This document shows, one piece after another, positions 27,497 to 38,000 of a stretch of DNA of 64,000 nucleotides (within the stretch, counting starts at the first letter, position 1; each line of letters opens with the position of its first letter). The notes below the pieces were generated by a model. That model saw only the letters and a program-made list of their open reading frames with translations, was not told where the DNA came from and did no database searches. The translations under genes and the position numbers were made by a program. Origin of the DNA: an uncultured virus (IMG/VR IMGVR_UViG_3300023179_000063) (taxonomy: Duplodnaviria > Heunggongvirae > Uroviricota > Caudoviricetes > Crassvirales); IMG/VR virus record IMGVR_UViG_3300023179_000063, one strand, 5' to 3'.

Positions 27497-27942
27497 AATA
27501 CTTATTAATTTTATTACTATTTTGTTCATGTTCAGCAGAATATCATTTAAGACAAGCCATTAAACTTAATCCTAAATTAGGAGATTCAGCAATTAAATAT
27601 GTTCCTTATATTAAAGATACTACTATTTATGTAAAAATTTATGTTAAAGGAGATAGTACAACACAAAACAGTAAACAAATTATTGATTCTTTGCAAAGAG
27701 TTTTTAATGATAGTTTTACAACAGTTTATCAATTAGTTGATTCTTTAGGAAATGTTAAAACTAATGTTGTAAGAAAACCTTTTTATGTTCATGATAGTAT
27801 CAATATAATTATTCGTGATACTATTCAGACAAAATGTCCACCTCAAATAATTGTACAAGAAGGATATAACAAAATGTGGTTTTGGTTATTAATTGCTATA
27901 TTTGTAGGAATATATGGACTTACTATATATTTAATTAAATGA
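27493..27942 (+). CDS. Putative unimolecular spanin (u-spanin)
   Basis: N-terminal lipoprotein signal MKYLLILLLFCSC, beta-rich periplasmic part, C-terminal TM helix; lies downstream of the endolysin. Confidence 0.65.
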   Translation: MKYLLILLLFCSCSAEYHLRQAIKLNPKLGDSAIKYVPYIKDTTIYVKIYVKGDSTTQNSKQIIDSLQRVFNDSFTTVYQLVDSLGNVKTNVVRKPFYVHDSINIIIRDTIQTKCPPQIIVQEGYNKMWFWLLIAIFVGIYGLTIYLIK

Positions 27943-27981
27943 CTGAAGAAAAAATTAAAAATATAAGAAAGGGAAATAAAA

Positions 27982-28650
27982 TTGAGTTCTAAAAGTGAAA
28001 TCGTCTACAACATATTAAACCTTATGGTAGGAGGAAGAATTTCTGATGATTTTCTTCCAAGTTATCAACAAATGTCTTTTATTGTTGATTATAAAAGAGC
28101 ACAATATTTAAGACAAGATCAAACTAAAAACTATTTTGATAATGATTTTTATTATCAAGATTTAGGTTGTTTAGAGTTAGTTAAAGTAGATAGAGCTGAA
28201 TGTTGTGAAATAGATTTAGGATGTGATGTTTTAAAAACTAAAATAAAATTACCTGATGCTTTAAGATTTGAACAAAGATTAGCTATTAAAGTTAATGCTG
28301 TTGATAAAGCTACTAGATTTCAAATTATATTACCTGAAAGAGCACAATTTGTATCTTCAAGTAAATATGGTTCATTTGCTATTAGATGTTATTGGTTAAA
28401 CGGTTATTTGTATTTTCCTTTTAATGAAGAACTTACAAGAATAAATGTAAGACAAGTTTTAGCTAAACCTACTGATGCTAAAAAATTTACTTGTGGAGAT
28501 GGTCCTTGTTTTACAGATAATTCTGAATATCCTTTACCTGCTGATATTATAGATTTAATTACTAAAGATATTATAAACACTGAAGCAAAAGCCTTATTGA
28601 TGACAATACCAGATTCAGAAAACGATGCTACAAGTACGGACAAAGGATAG
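27982..28650 (+). CDS. Tail ring protein
   Basis: QDLGCLELVKVD..ECC...C..LKT...LP, NGYLY, C...SEYPLP motifs of crAss-like ring proteins; TTG start. Confidence 0.7.
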   Translation: MSSKSEIVYNILNLMVGGRISDDFLPSYQQMSFIVDYKRAQYLRQDQTKNYFDNDFYYQDLGCLELVKVDRAECCEIDLGCDVLKTKIKLPDALRFEQRLAIKVNAVDKATRFQIILPERAQFVSSSKYGSFAIRCYWLNGYLYFPFNEELTRINVRQVLAKPTDAKKFTCGDGPCFTDNSEYPLPADIIDLITKDIINTEAKALLMTIPDSENDATSTDKG

Positions 28651-29119
28651 TTACGAATATTATAAAGAAAAAAATAAATCTGAAATATTATATAGTGTTT
28701 ATAAAGACATTATAGATGTCTTAAATTTTAAAGTTACGTCAGAAATCATAAAAGGTGAGAAATTTGTCATGCCTTACAGATTAGGACAAATATATGCAGT
28801 TAGAGCTGACAGGGCTTTTAAGCTAAATAAATTAGGTAAACCTAAAATGTTAATAGATTTTGGCAATACTAATAAATTAAAAAAAGAAGGTAAACTAGCT
28901 AAAGATAAATTTGTTTATTATACAAGTCCTGAATATTGTTTTATTAAATGGTCATTAGCTGGAGCTAGAGTTTCTGGTATTTTTGCTTATGTTTTTAAAC
29001 CTTCTAAAACAAATGGTGTAGAAAGTAAAGTAGGATTTATGAATAGATTTTATAGTTTTGTAAACTCCAATGAGCTTAATTCACTTATTTACCCTAAAGA
29101 AAAGAAAAAAATAAAATAA
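28625..29119 (+). CDS. IHF-like protein of the tail module
   Basis: IIKGEKFVMPYRLGQI, IDFGNT, IKW...Y.FKP; conserved crAss-like position before the tubular/ring gene. Confidence 0.6.
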   Translation: MLQVRTKDSYEYYKEKNKSEILYSVYKDIIDVLNFKVTSEIIKGEKFVMPYRLGQIYAVRADRAFKLNKLGKPKMLIDFGNTNKLKKEGKLAKDKFVYYTSPEYCFIKWSLAGARVSGIFAYVFKPSKTNGVESKVGFMNRFYSFVNSNELNSLIYPKEKKKIK

Positions 29120-29127
29120 GAAAATAG

Positions 29128-29135
29128 TATATTTG
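29128..29135 (+). promoter_or_regulatory. Bacteroidota-type -7 promoter element
   Basis: TAtaTTTG 18 nt upstream of ATG 29154. Confidence 0.6.
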
Positions 29136-29153
29136 CTAAAAATATATTAAACT

Positions 29154-29885
29154 ATGATGTACAGGTCTGTAAGCTCTAAAAGAGTTATTGATAAAGTTTT
29201 TGGAGCTTTTGGCAATATAATTTCTCAACATTCTGATAGATTAATAGGAGAATCTGTATCTTGGATAGGTATGGCATTAGAAGGAATTGGTTCTACAGCT
29301 CCTTTAGAAAACATTACAAAAAACTTTGAAGTTAAAAATGGTAGAGTATATTTACCTGATTGTCTTTATCTTATAAAAGCAGTTGCTTATAAAGACTCTT
29401 GGTTATTATACGGTTCTCAAACTTTTAATTATGACTTACATTGTACTGATTGTGTAAATGAAAAAGTAATTAAAAATGATTTTTCATATATTGTTAATAA
29501 CGGTTATATATCTACAAGTGTTCCAGACGGAGATCATATTTGTATAATGTATCAAGCATTTCCTGTTGATGATGATGGGTTCCCACTTATTCCAGACCAC
29601 TATGCTGTTAATGAAGCTTTGTTTTGGTATATTACTAAAAATTTAATGTTAGGTGGATTTTCTCATCCTGATAAATCTATTAATTATATGCTTGCTGAAC
29701 AACAATGGTTAAAATACTGTACTCAAGCTGAAAACGAAACTTCAATGTTTGACATACCTAAAATGCAATCATTTATCAATCAATGGGTTCAACTTATACC
29801 TAAAATTGATAGTTACAAAACATTTTTTCAAGATTCAAATAAACAAGAAGTATTTATTAATCAAGATTTTAGAACTATTAGATAA
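29154..29885 (+). CDS. Tail tubular / ring protein (P22 gp4-like position)
   Basis: W...ALE.IG, V.N.R..LP, Y.AFPVDDDGFPLIPD....EAL.WYI, W..YC.QA. Confidence 0.8.
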   Translation: MMYRSVSSKRVIDKVFGAFGNIISQHSDRLIGESVSWIGMALEGIGSTAPLENITKNFEVKNGRVYLPDCLYLIKAVAYKDSWLLYGSQTFNYDLHCTDCVNEKVIKNDFSYIVNNGYISTSVPDGDHICIMYQAFPVDDDGFPLIPDHYAVNEALFWYITKNLMLGGFSHPDKSINYMLAEQQWLKYCTQAENETSMFDIPKMQSFINQWVQLIPKIDSYKTFFQDSNKQEVFINQDFRTIR

Positions 29886-32800
29886 TGAAAGTATTTACAA
29901 TAAACACAGACGTTGATCCACAAAATCAACCAGAAAATACTTCAAGATTAAATGTTAATGTTAATGTTAATGCTGAAGTAGGAGGAATAACTAATGATTC
30001 AGGTTTTGTTGAATTAAGTGAATATAATAAATATATTAATGATTCTGGAACATCTTCTCAACAAAATAAAATTTGTATAGGTAAAATATTACTTCCTGAT
30101 AATAGAATATGTTTATTTAGTTATTTTAATCCTCAACCTAATAATGTACTAATTACTGATATTAATCCTTACGGAGAAATAGGTGTTCTTCAAAATGATA
30201 GCTATACTCCTGTAATGAGAGATGGTAATTATTCATTAAAATTTGACCCTAATTTTCCTATTGAAGGAACAGCTAAAACAAATAGTTTAGGAGAAACTAT
30301 TGTTTATTTTACTGATAACAATACGGCTCCTAAATGGTTAAATTTAACTACACCTCAATTACCTTTAGATAATTTATTAAATTTTGCAGCTTCTAATTAT
30401 AGTCAATTATTATATTTTCCTTCTTATACTCAATCTAATATTCATTTAGATTCTGTATCAACAGGTGGTGGAAATGTTCCTACTGGTACTTACATACCTT
30501 TTATTGCTTGGGCTGATGAAAATTATAATGATTCTCCTGTTATACTTCCAGGAAATGTAATTTCTATTGGTGGAGGTACTTTTCCTAGTCAACAATATGA
30601 TGGTGCAGTTCAAGGTACTAATTCAGGTAAATCTTTTATTTTAAGAATAAATGCTGCTGATTTAAATACTAATTATAATTATGTACATTTATATCTTGTT
30701 CATAGAGTAGGAACAGTTGATAAAGTTTATGATTATGGATTTACAAGTTATGAAACAAGTAATGATTTAAAAATAACTGTATCAACTTTAGATAATCTTA
30801 CAACTGTAGATTTAGAAACACTTACTGTTAAATCACCTTATTATAAAACAATTAAATCTATTACTCAATTAGATGATGTAATGTATTTAGCTAATTTAAA
30901 AGCTAGAGAAGATTTTGATTTTCAACCTTATGTAAATGGAATAATAGTAGATTGTGTTACAAAAGAAGTAGATGTTAATAATGATTTTACTAATTATAGA
31001 AATGAAGTAACTATTTACGATGATAAATCTTTTATGTGGGATGAAGTTTATGCTATATATGCTTCATATACTATACAAGATGAATTTGGTACTTATGAAA
31101 CTAAAGCTTATCATATACCTGGAAGACCTGGATATACAGTAGATTTATTAAAATCAGTTGGTGGAACTTATCCACTTGGAGAATACAATAAAATTATTGA
31201 TTATCTTCCTTTAGGTTATACTGTAGATCCTTGGGTTTGGAATGGAGGGGATCTTAATACAGATACAAGTCCAGCTTCTCAATTATATCATGTCAATAAT
31301 AATGCTAAAGTATTTCATGCTTTTCCTTGTGGTTATAATAGTAATGTTACAAATATTTATGGTATAACTGGAGCTAATGGTAAATCTAATATGTCGTATT
31401 GGGAAAATGAAAATGAAATATATCCTAATACTGATAGTTGGAAAGTATTAAATAGTTCTGGTACATTATTATATGATAATAGAAATCAAAAAGTAAGACA
31501 TCATAAATTTCCTCATCCTTCTAAAGTAGAAAGTACTACTTTAACTCCTAAATTTATGCACAATTCAGCTGCTACAACTCCAGCTGGTTATTGGCCTACT
31601 AATATTTTAGGTATTAAACTTAAAAATATTCAAACACCTCCAGGTTTTGCAGGTAAAATTAAAAAAATAAATATTTATTATGCTAAAAGAACTATTAATA
31701 ATAGAACAATTTTAGGACAATCATTAGGTATTTATAATAATACTATGACATATCAAGGTTATTCATACGGTCCTAATATGACAGGAGCTACCCCTTCTTA
31801 TGGATCAGAAAATTGGACTGTTCATGTTGGAGGAAACATTCAAATAAATAATCAACATATAGGACTCAGCACTACATATCCACTCTTTGAACGTATTAAA
31901 TTTGAACCAAAAGATACATTTATTAAATGTTCTCCTTTTGATATAGTATCAAATGATACTACTATTCAAGGAGTAACCCATATAACTCAATTATATATAT
32001 TAAGTGCTAATTATAAATATATTAGTGGAAATAAAGGAGGAACTACATCTACTTCTGCTGGCCTTATTGCTGCTAGTACTAGTTGGTATTGGAGTCCTTG
32101 GGACACTAATACAAATACTAATATTAATATTAATGTTCCAAATTATTCACAATTTATAAGAAAAGTTAAAAAAGGTAATTTAATGGAATCAGTTCCTAAT
32201 TATCCTAATTTAGATAGTAAAGGAAAGCCACAGGCTGAATTTAATGCTGGATTGTATGGATACTCTAAACAAGTTAATCATTATCGTTCAGATAAAACAG
32301 CTTTGTTTGAATTGCATAATAGTGGTTTGTCTGATGGATCTTCTTTTGCTACTTTTAATCAAGGAATATGGGATGGACATACTCCAGATATGAATGGAAC
32401 TAATAGTTTATTTGAAACTTATATTCCTTTAATTAATTTAAATCAATTTAAACAAAATGTTTATTTTAATTTTTCAGAACAAGAATTAGTATATTTAGGA
32501 GAAAGCTTTACTTTTGGTGGAACAGTAAATGATATTTATAAAGGTGATACTTTTACTAATTTATATGGGTATAGGTCAGTAACTGATTTAGCACCAATAA
32601 TTAATCCAAACGATGTTCCAGAAAATAGAAGAAATGTATCTTTAGAATTAAAGTTTCTTCATTTTTTTACTTGTCAATCTACTTCTAATATTAATTATAG
32701 AAATAGTGGTACTAATAGTTATGATATATATTATCCTAAATCATCAGCTTTTGATGTATTAGGTGTACCTTTAATGGGAGGAGGGTTAGGATTAGCTAAT

Positions 32801-34621
32801 TATTACGGTTATAATAAAGATTATTCAAGAGGTTCTGATATTATACAACCTATGATTAGTGGATTTATTAATACTAAATTATCTACAGAGTTTCCTACTA
32901 GAATACATAGAACTGTTAAAAACAATCCTGAATCAACTATTGATTATTTTAGAGTATTATTAACTGGTGATTATATAGACTTAGAAAAACTTAAAGGTTC
33001 TATTTGGGCTATACGTTCTTATAATAACAGATTAGCTATTCTTTTTGAAGACACTATTAGATTAACTTTAGGTAGAGAAGTAATGAAAACATCTGCTACT
33101 GATGCTTACATTGGTTCTGGAGATATATTTTCTGTTAAACCTGTAGATGTATTAACTACTGATGGAGGTTATGGAGGATGTACAAGTCAATTTTCTATTT
33201 GTAATACTCCTTATGGATTATTTTTTCCTGATTTAAGAAGAGGTAAAGTATTTTTATTAGGAGAAGGATTAGAAGAAATATCTAAAAATGGAAACTTTAA
33301 TTTCTTTAGAGATAATATGGAAATTACTGTTGTTAATTCTGTTTTAAATTTATTTAATAATCAACAACAATTTGTTTATGGTACAAGTTATGTAGTAAAT
33401 AAAATAGTTATTTATCAAAATAAAGTATATAAATGTTTAATAAATAATAATAATACAATTCCTACATATACAACTAATTGGGAAGAAATTTATGACTTAA
33501 CTAATTTTAATATATTAGGTTCTGATTCAGTTTATTTAGGATTTAGAGGTTCTTATGACCCTGTATATAAAAGATATGTATTATCTAAATATGATGTAGA
33601 ATTAACTCAAACATTTATAACTAATTTTAAAGGATATTATGATGCTACTATTACTTATACATCTGGTATAGTATTTAAAGATAATATTCTTCAAATTAGA
33701 CAATCAGATGGAGAAGGAGGATTTATATGGGCTAATTTTTATTTTAATTCTACATTTTCAACTTATTATACTCCTTCATATTGGACTTATGCTTATTACC
33801 CTGATTATAAAGGTTGGGTATCATATCATACTTATTATCCAGAAGTAATATTTAATTCTAATGATTCTATTTATTCTTCATTTAAAAATAAACTATATAG
33901 ACATAACTCAACTGATTTAACTATTTATTATGGATTTCCAGAAGAAAGTATAGTTGAACCTATTTTTAATTCTCCTCAAGATATAGTTAAAAAGTTATCT
34001 TCTATTCAAATAGAAACTAAAATGACTACTAAAGAAACTGGTTATCCAGCTTTAGATTATTTAGGTACTTTTGATACTTATCAAGGATATACAGCTAATC
34101 AAATGGGTAAAGAAACAACTATTACTAATGAAGATAGAGCTAGAAATGTAGAAGGATATTATAATGTAAATGAATTTAGAGATTATACAGCTGATAATAA
34201 TTTAGCTATATTTTTAAAAGGAATACTAAAACCTTTTAGTTCTAATATCAATTTAAATAAACATTTTAGTAAACTAAGAAGATTAGTAGGTTATTGGATA
34301 GGAGTTAGATTTAAGTTTAAAAATAATAATTCTAAAGCTATTACTTATAATGATGCTGTTTATGCTTCTGGTATATTATCAATTAATAATCCTAATATTG
34401 AAATAACTAAAGAAGATATTTTAATAGTGTCTTATGTTCCTTCTATTGTAGATATTTTTAAAACAAGTTCAATTAGTAAAATAGGAAATGTTTATTATTT
34501 AACTGGAGTATTTAAAAGTGGAAACACATCATCTCCTAGTATAACAAGTATTTCTAAAGTAATACCAACAAGATTAACACTATTAAACACATATTCATCA
34601 GTAACTAAAAATATAAGATAA
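29885..34621 (+). CDS. Tail muzzle / stabilization protein
   Basis: 1578 aa; VYFTDN...PKWLN, DEVYA.Y, YHIPGR, VRHHKFP, TPYG.FF.D...GKVFL, W.SYH.Y.P motifs of crAss-like muzzle proteins. Confidence 0.85.
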   Translation: MKVFTINTDVDPQNQPENTSRLNVNVNVNAEVGGITNDSGFVELSEYNKYINDSGTSSQQNKICIGKILLPDNRICLFSYFNPQPNNVLITDINPYGEIGVLQNDSYTPVMRDGNYSLKFDPNFPIEGTAKTNSLGETIVYFTDNNTAPKWLNLTTPQLPLDNLLNFAASNYSQLLYFPSYTQSNIHLDSVSTGGGNVPTGTYIPFIAWADENYNDSPVILPGNVISIGGGTFPSQQYDGAVQGTNSGKSFILRINAADLNTNYNYVHLYLVHRVGTVDKVYDYGFTSYETSNDLKITVSTLDNLTTVDLETLTVKSPYYKTIKSITQLDDVMYLANLKAREDFDFQPYVNGIIVDCVTKEVDVNNDFTNYRNEVTIYDDKSFMWDEVYAIYASYTIQDEFGTYETKAYHIPGRPGYTVDLLKSVGGTYPLGEYNKIIDYLPLGYTVDPWVWNGGDLNTDTSPASQLYHVNNNAKVFHAFPCGYNSNVTNIYGITGANGKSNMSYWENENEIYPNTDSWKVLNSSGTLLYDNRNQKVRHHKFPHPSKVESTTLTPKFMHNSAATTPAGYWPTNILGIKLKNIQTPPGFAGKIKKINIYYAKRTINNRTILGQSLGIYNNTMTYQGYSYGPNMTGATPSYGSENWTVHVGGNIQINNQHIGLSTTYPLFERIKFEPKDTFIKCSPFDIVSNDTTIQGVTHITQLYILSANYKYISGNKGGTTSTSAGLIAASTSWYWSPWDTNTNTNININVPNYSQFIRKVKKGNLMESVPNYPNLDSKGKPQAEFNAGLYGYSKQVNHYRSDKTALFELHNSGLSDGSSFATFNQGIWDGHTPDMNGTNSLFETYIPLINLNQFKQNVYFNFSEQELVYLGESFTFGGTVNDIYKGDTFTNLYGYRSVTDLAPIINPNDVPENRRNVSLELKFLHFFTCQSTSNINYRNSGTNSYDIYYPKSSAFDVLGVPLMGGGLGLANYYGYNKDYSRGSDIIQPMISGFINTKLSTEFPTRIHRTVKNNPESTIDYFRVLLTGDYIDLEKLKGSIWAIRSYNNRLAILFEDTIRLTLGREVMKTSATDAYIGSGDIFSVKPVDVLTTDGGYGGCTSQFSICNTPYGLFFPDLRRGKVFLLGEGLEEISKNGNFNFFRDNMEITVVNSVLNLFNNQQQFVYGTSYVVNKIVIYQNKVYKCLINNNNTIPTYTTNWEEIYDLTNFNILGSDSVYLGFRGSYDPVYKRYVLSKYDVELTQTFITNFKGYYDATITYTSGIVFKDNILQIRQSDGEGGFIWANFYFNSTFSTYYTPSYWTYAYYPDYKGWVSYHTYYPEVIFNSNDSIYSSFKNKLYRHNSTDLTIYYGFPEESIVEPIFNSPQDIVKKLSSIQIETKMTTKETGYPALDYLGTFDTYQGYTANQMGKETTITNEDRARNVEGYYNVNEFRDYTADNNLAIFLKGILKPFSSNINLNKHFSKLRRLVGYWIGVRFKFKNNNSKAITYNDAVYASGILSINNPNIEITKEDILIVSYVPSIVDIFKTSSISKIGNVYYLTGVFKSGNTSSPSITSISKVIPTRLTLLNTYSSVTKNIR

Positions 34622-35007
34622 TGAAATTAACAGAAAGATTAAAACCAGCAGCATCTAAAACTAATATTCCACAATTAGTATCAGAATTACTTGAGTCAGT
34701 AACAATTATACATAAGTTCCATTTAAAATCTAAATCTTATGCTGAACATAAAGCTTTACAAAAGTTTTATGAAGGAATAGGAGATTTAGCTGATACTTTA
34801 TTTGAAACATCTGCTTGGCAAAATAACTCAATAGAAATACCTGCTCCTACTATAAATGATGTTACTCCTGTAAATTATTTAATAAAATTAGCTACTTTTG
34901 TAGAACAAGTACGATTAGCTACAACTTATTCTGATTTACAAAATCAAATGGATGAAGTTAAAACATTAATTTTTGGTACTTTGTATAAATTAAATAATTT
35001 AAAATAA
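34621..35007 (+). CDS. Ferritin/Dps-like four-helix protein (DUF5856-like)
   Basis: HKFHL..KSYAEHKAL..FYE.I.DLAD..FE ... LQNQMDEV..LI..TLYKL. Confidence 0.75.
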   Translation: MKLTERLKPAASKTNIPQLVSELLESVTIIHKFHLKSKSYAEHKALQKFYEGIGDLADTLFETSAWQNNSIEIPAPTINDVTPVNYLIKLATFVEQVRLATTYSDLQNQMDEVKTLIFGTLYKLNNLK

Positions 35008-35009
35008 TT

Positions 35010-38000
35010 ATGGGTAAATCTAATATGATTAAAAGAGCAGATGGTAGTTATTCTAAACACGGACTTTGGGATTCTATAAGAGAAAATAAAGGTTCTGGTA
35101 AAGCACCTACTAAAGAGATGCTTAAACAAGAAAAGAAGATTAAAGCTAAATATCCTGATGGTGGAAAAGTAGATAATATTAATAATGTACCTATTCCTTC
35201 TCCTTTTCCATCTAAACAAAATTTTAAATTTAAAAATTATCAAGATTTAAAAACATTACCAGTTAAATTAAATAGTAATAATTTTAATCCATATACAAAT
35301 ATTCCTGATAAAAAAATTATAGGTTCTGAAGATTATAAAGATCCATTAGCTAATATTTTAAATCAAACAATATCTGATCAAACTAATTTAGGTAGAGGAT
35401 ATAATATAGGTTCAGAAATTTTAAATTCTTATGAAAATCCTTATTTAAAAACTATTAATAGTGGATTAGAATTAGTTAAATCAAAAACTCCAATTATAGG
35501 AGATTTATTAATTAATACTGGTCAAGAAGCTTTATCTGGAGTAGATAATTATTTAAAAAATAATAATGATTATAATTCAAGACTTCATGATAAAATTAAA
35601 AATATGAAATATAAAAATGGTGGAACTATCCACATCAATCCTGAAAACAAAGGTAAATTTAATGCTACTAAAAAAGCTACAGGTAAAACTACTGAAGAAT
35701 TAACTCATAGTAAAAATCCTGTAACTAAGAAAAGAGCTATTTTTTCTCAAAATGCTGCTAAATGGAAACATGCTGAAGGAGGGGAAATTGACCCTAAAAA
35801 CAGTTTTGGTTTAACAGGTAACTATTCTAGAAACCCTAATTCTGAAGCCATAGAATCTAATTATAAATTAGCTGCTGATTATCAAAGAAGATTAGGTAAT
35901 TTTAATACAGGTTTAAATGCAAACTTAGGTTTTAATCAAACTATGCCTTTAAATACTGAAGTTCCTGTTATGACTCCTATGATTGTTCCTGATGCTAATG
36001 TAGGATTAAATGTAGGTTATGATAGAAACAATAGTAACTTTAATGGTAGTTTTAACTATAATCCTATAAATCAAGGTATTAACGCTGAAGTTACATATAG
36101 AAGAAGATTTGCTGAAGGAGGAAGAACTCCAATAAAAGTAACAGACCCTAATGACCCTAGATTAAGGGCTTATAATGATAGTAATTATATACATAAACTG
36201 TCAGGAGAAACATTAAAAGCAATGTATAAAGAAACACCTGACCAATGGAGAAAAAGAAAAGAAACAGGATTAACCGATGAAGCATGGGGTCATTTTCAGA
36301 ATTTAATAGAGTTAAATAAAGGTAAAGTAATATTGCCTATAGGTAGGTATAAACATACAATCGATGATGGTACAAATATTCAAGATAGAGAAGTAGGTAT
36401 TTTTGCTAAACCTGTTCAACCTTATGTTTATCAAAAGCCAATAGAAGGAAGTGTAGGTAGAGATGTTCCTAAAGTTAATAAACCTATTGTTAAACAACCA
36501 GTTAAACCTTCTTATAAAGATTTTGTTAAAACAGCTAATCCTGATTATTTAGCAGATGATTATGATTTAAAACAAGCTTATAATAAATTACCATTAAGTA
36601 CAATGCAAGCATGGGCTAAAGACCCTGAAAACAATCATTTACCTGATACTTATAAATTACCTAATCATCCTACATTTAGTAATGAAAGTAAATATTATAA
36701 AGAAGGTATGCCAGCAGTTAAGTGGGAAGGAGATAAACCAATACCAATTAATCAAAAATTTGTTGAACAAGTAAAACCTACTTATACAAGTCCTAAACAA
36801 TTATATCAAGGTAGAGAATTTATGGATAGTACTCAATTAAGACCAGGTTATTATCATCCAGAAGAAATAACAGAAAGAATGAAAGACCCTAATAAAAAAT
36901 TTGCTGGAGGAGGAAGAGTTTTACCTAAATATGGTCTTGGTGACTGGCTAAATAAAAATAAAGCTGGAGTTGGAGCTGGCTTAGGATTTGCTGGAGATAC
37001 TACTAATTTATTATTTGATAATAATGTATTTGGTACTCGTAATAAAGTAACTGATTCTGAAGGTAATGAATTAGGAGAAGCTCAATCTGATGCTGGATCT
37101 CAAACTCAAGGTGCTTTAAGTGGAGCTTTAAAAGGAGCTTCTGCTGGAGCTGCATTAGGTCCTTGGGGAATGGCAGGAGGAGCTTTAATTGGAGGAGTAG
37201 CTGGTTTTTTAACAGCTGATACTGGAGCTGAAGATAAATTAAATCAAATTAAAAAAGAAAGAGATGCTCAAATTAGTTTTAAAAATATTTTAGGTAAAGG
37301 CCCGATAGGAAATAATGCTATTCAAACTAATAGTTTAGCTTTATCTGCTTATGGAGGATATATAAATAAAAAATATGCTGCTGGAGGTATGAAAACTTTA
37401 AATCAAGATCATCCTGAAGCTACTGAAGAAGTAGAACTTGGAGAATCAGCTATGTTACCTAATGGTATGAATTTAGCTTTTGGAGGTGAAACTCATGAAA
37501 ACGGTGGTTTAGAAACTAATCTTCCTGAAGGAACTAGAATATTTAGTGATAGAGTTAAATCTGGTAAAAGAACTATAGCTTCTATTGCTAAACCTATTCA
37601 AAATAAAATAGAAAAATTAAAAGACAATAATTCTAAAGCTGGACAAAATACTGTTAAACTATTTGAAAATCAATTAGATAACTTATTTAATGAGCAAGAA
37701 GAAATAAAACAAATTGAAGATATGAAACAACAACGTAAATATTTTGCAAAAGGTGGATTAGTTAAATATAGTGGAGAAGATGGTATGCCTGGTGTTATTG
37801 AAAAACCTTTTATGTTAAGATATAATGGACAACCTAATTATGTTCCTACTAATTCAACTGAAACCAGATTACCTTTTGGAACTTCTCAAACTTCTATGAT
37901 GACTGCACCAATGAATGATGGTACAGCTATTTATAATAATCCTTATTTAAAACCTGAAGATATTCAAAATCAAATGATATTGAATCAAAATAATAGAAAT

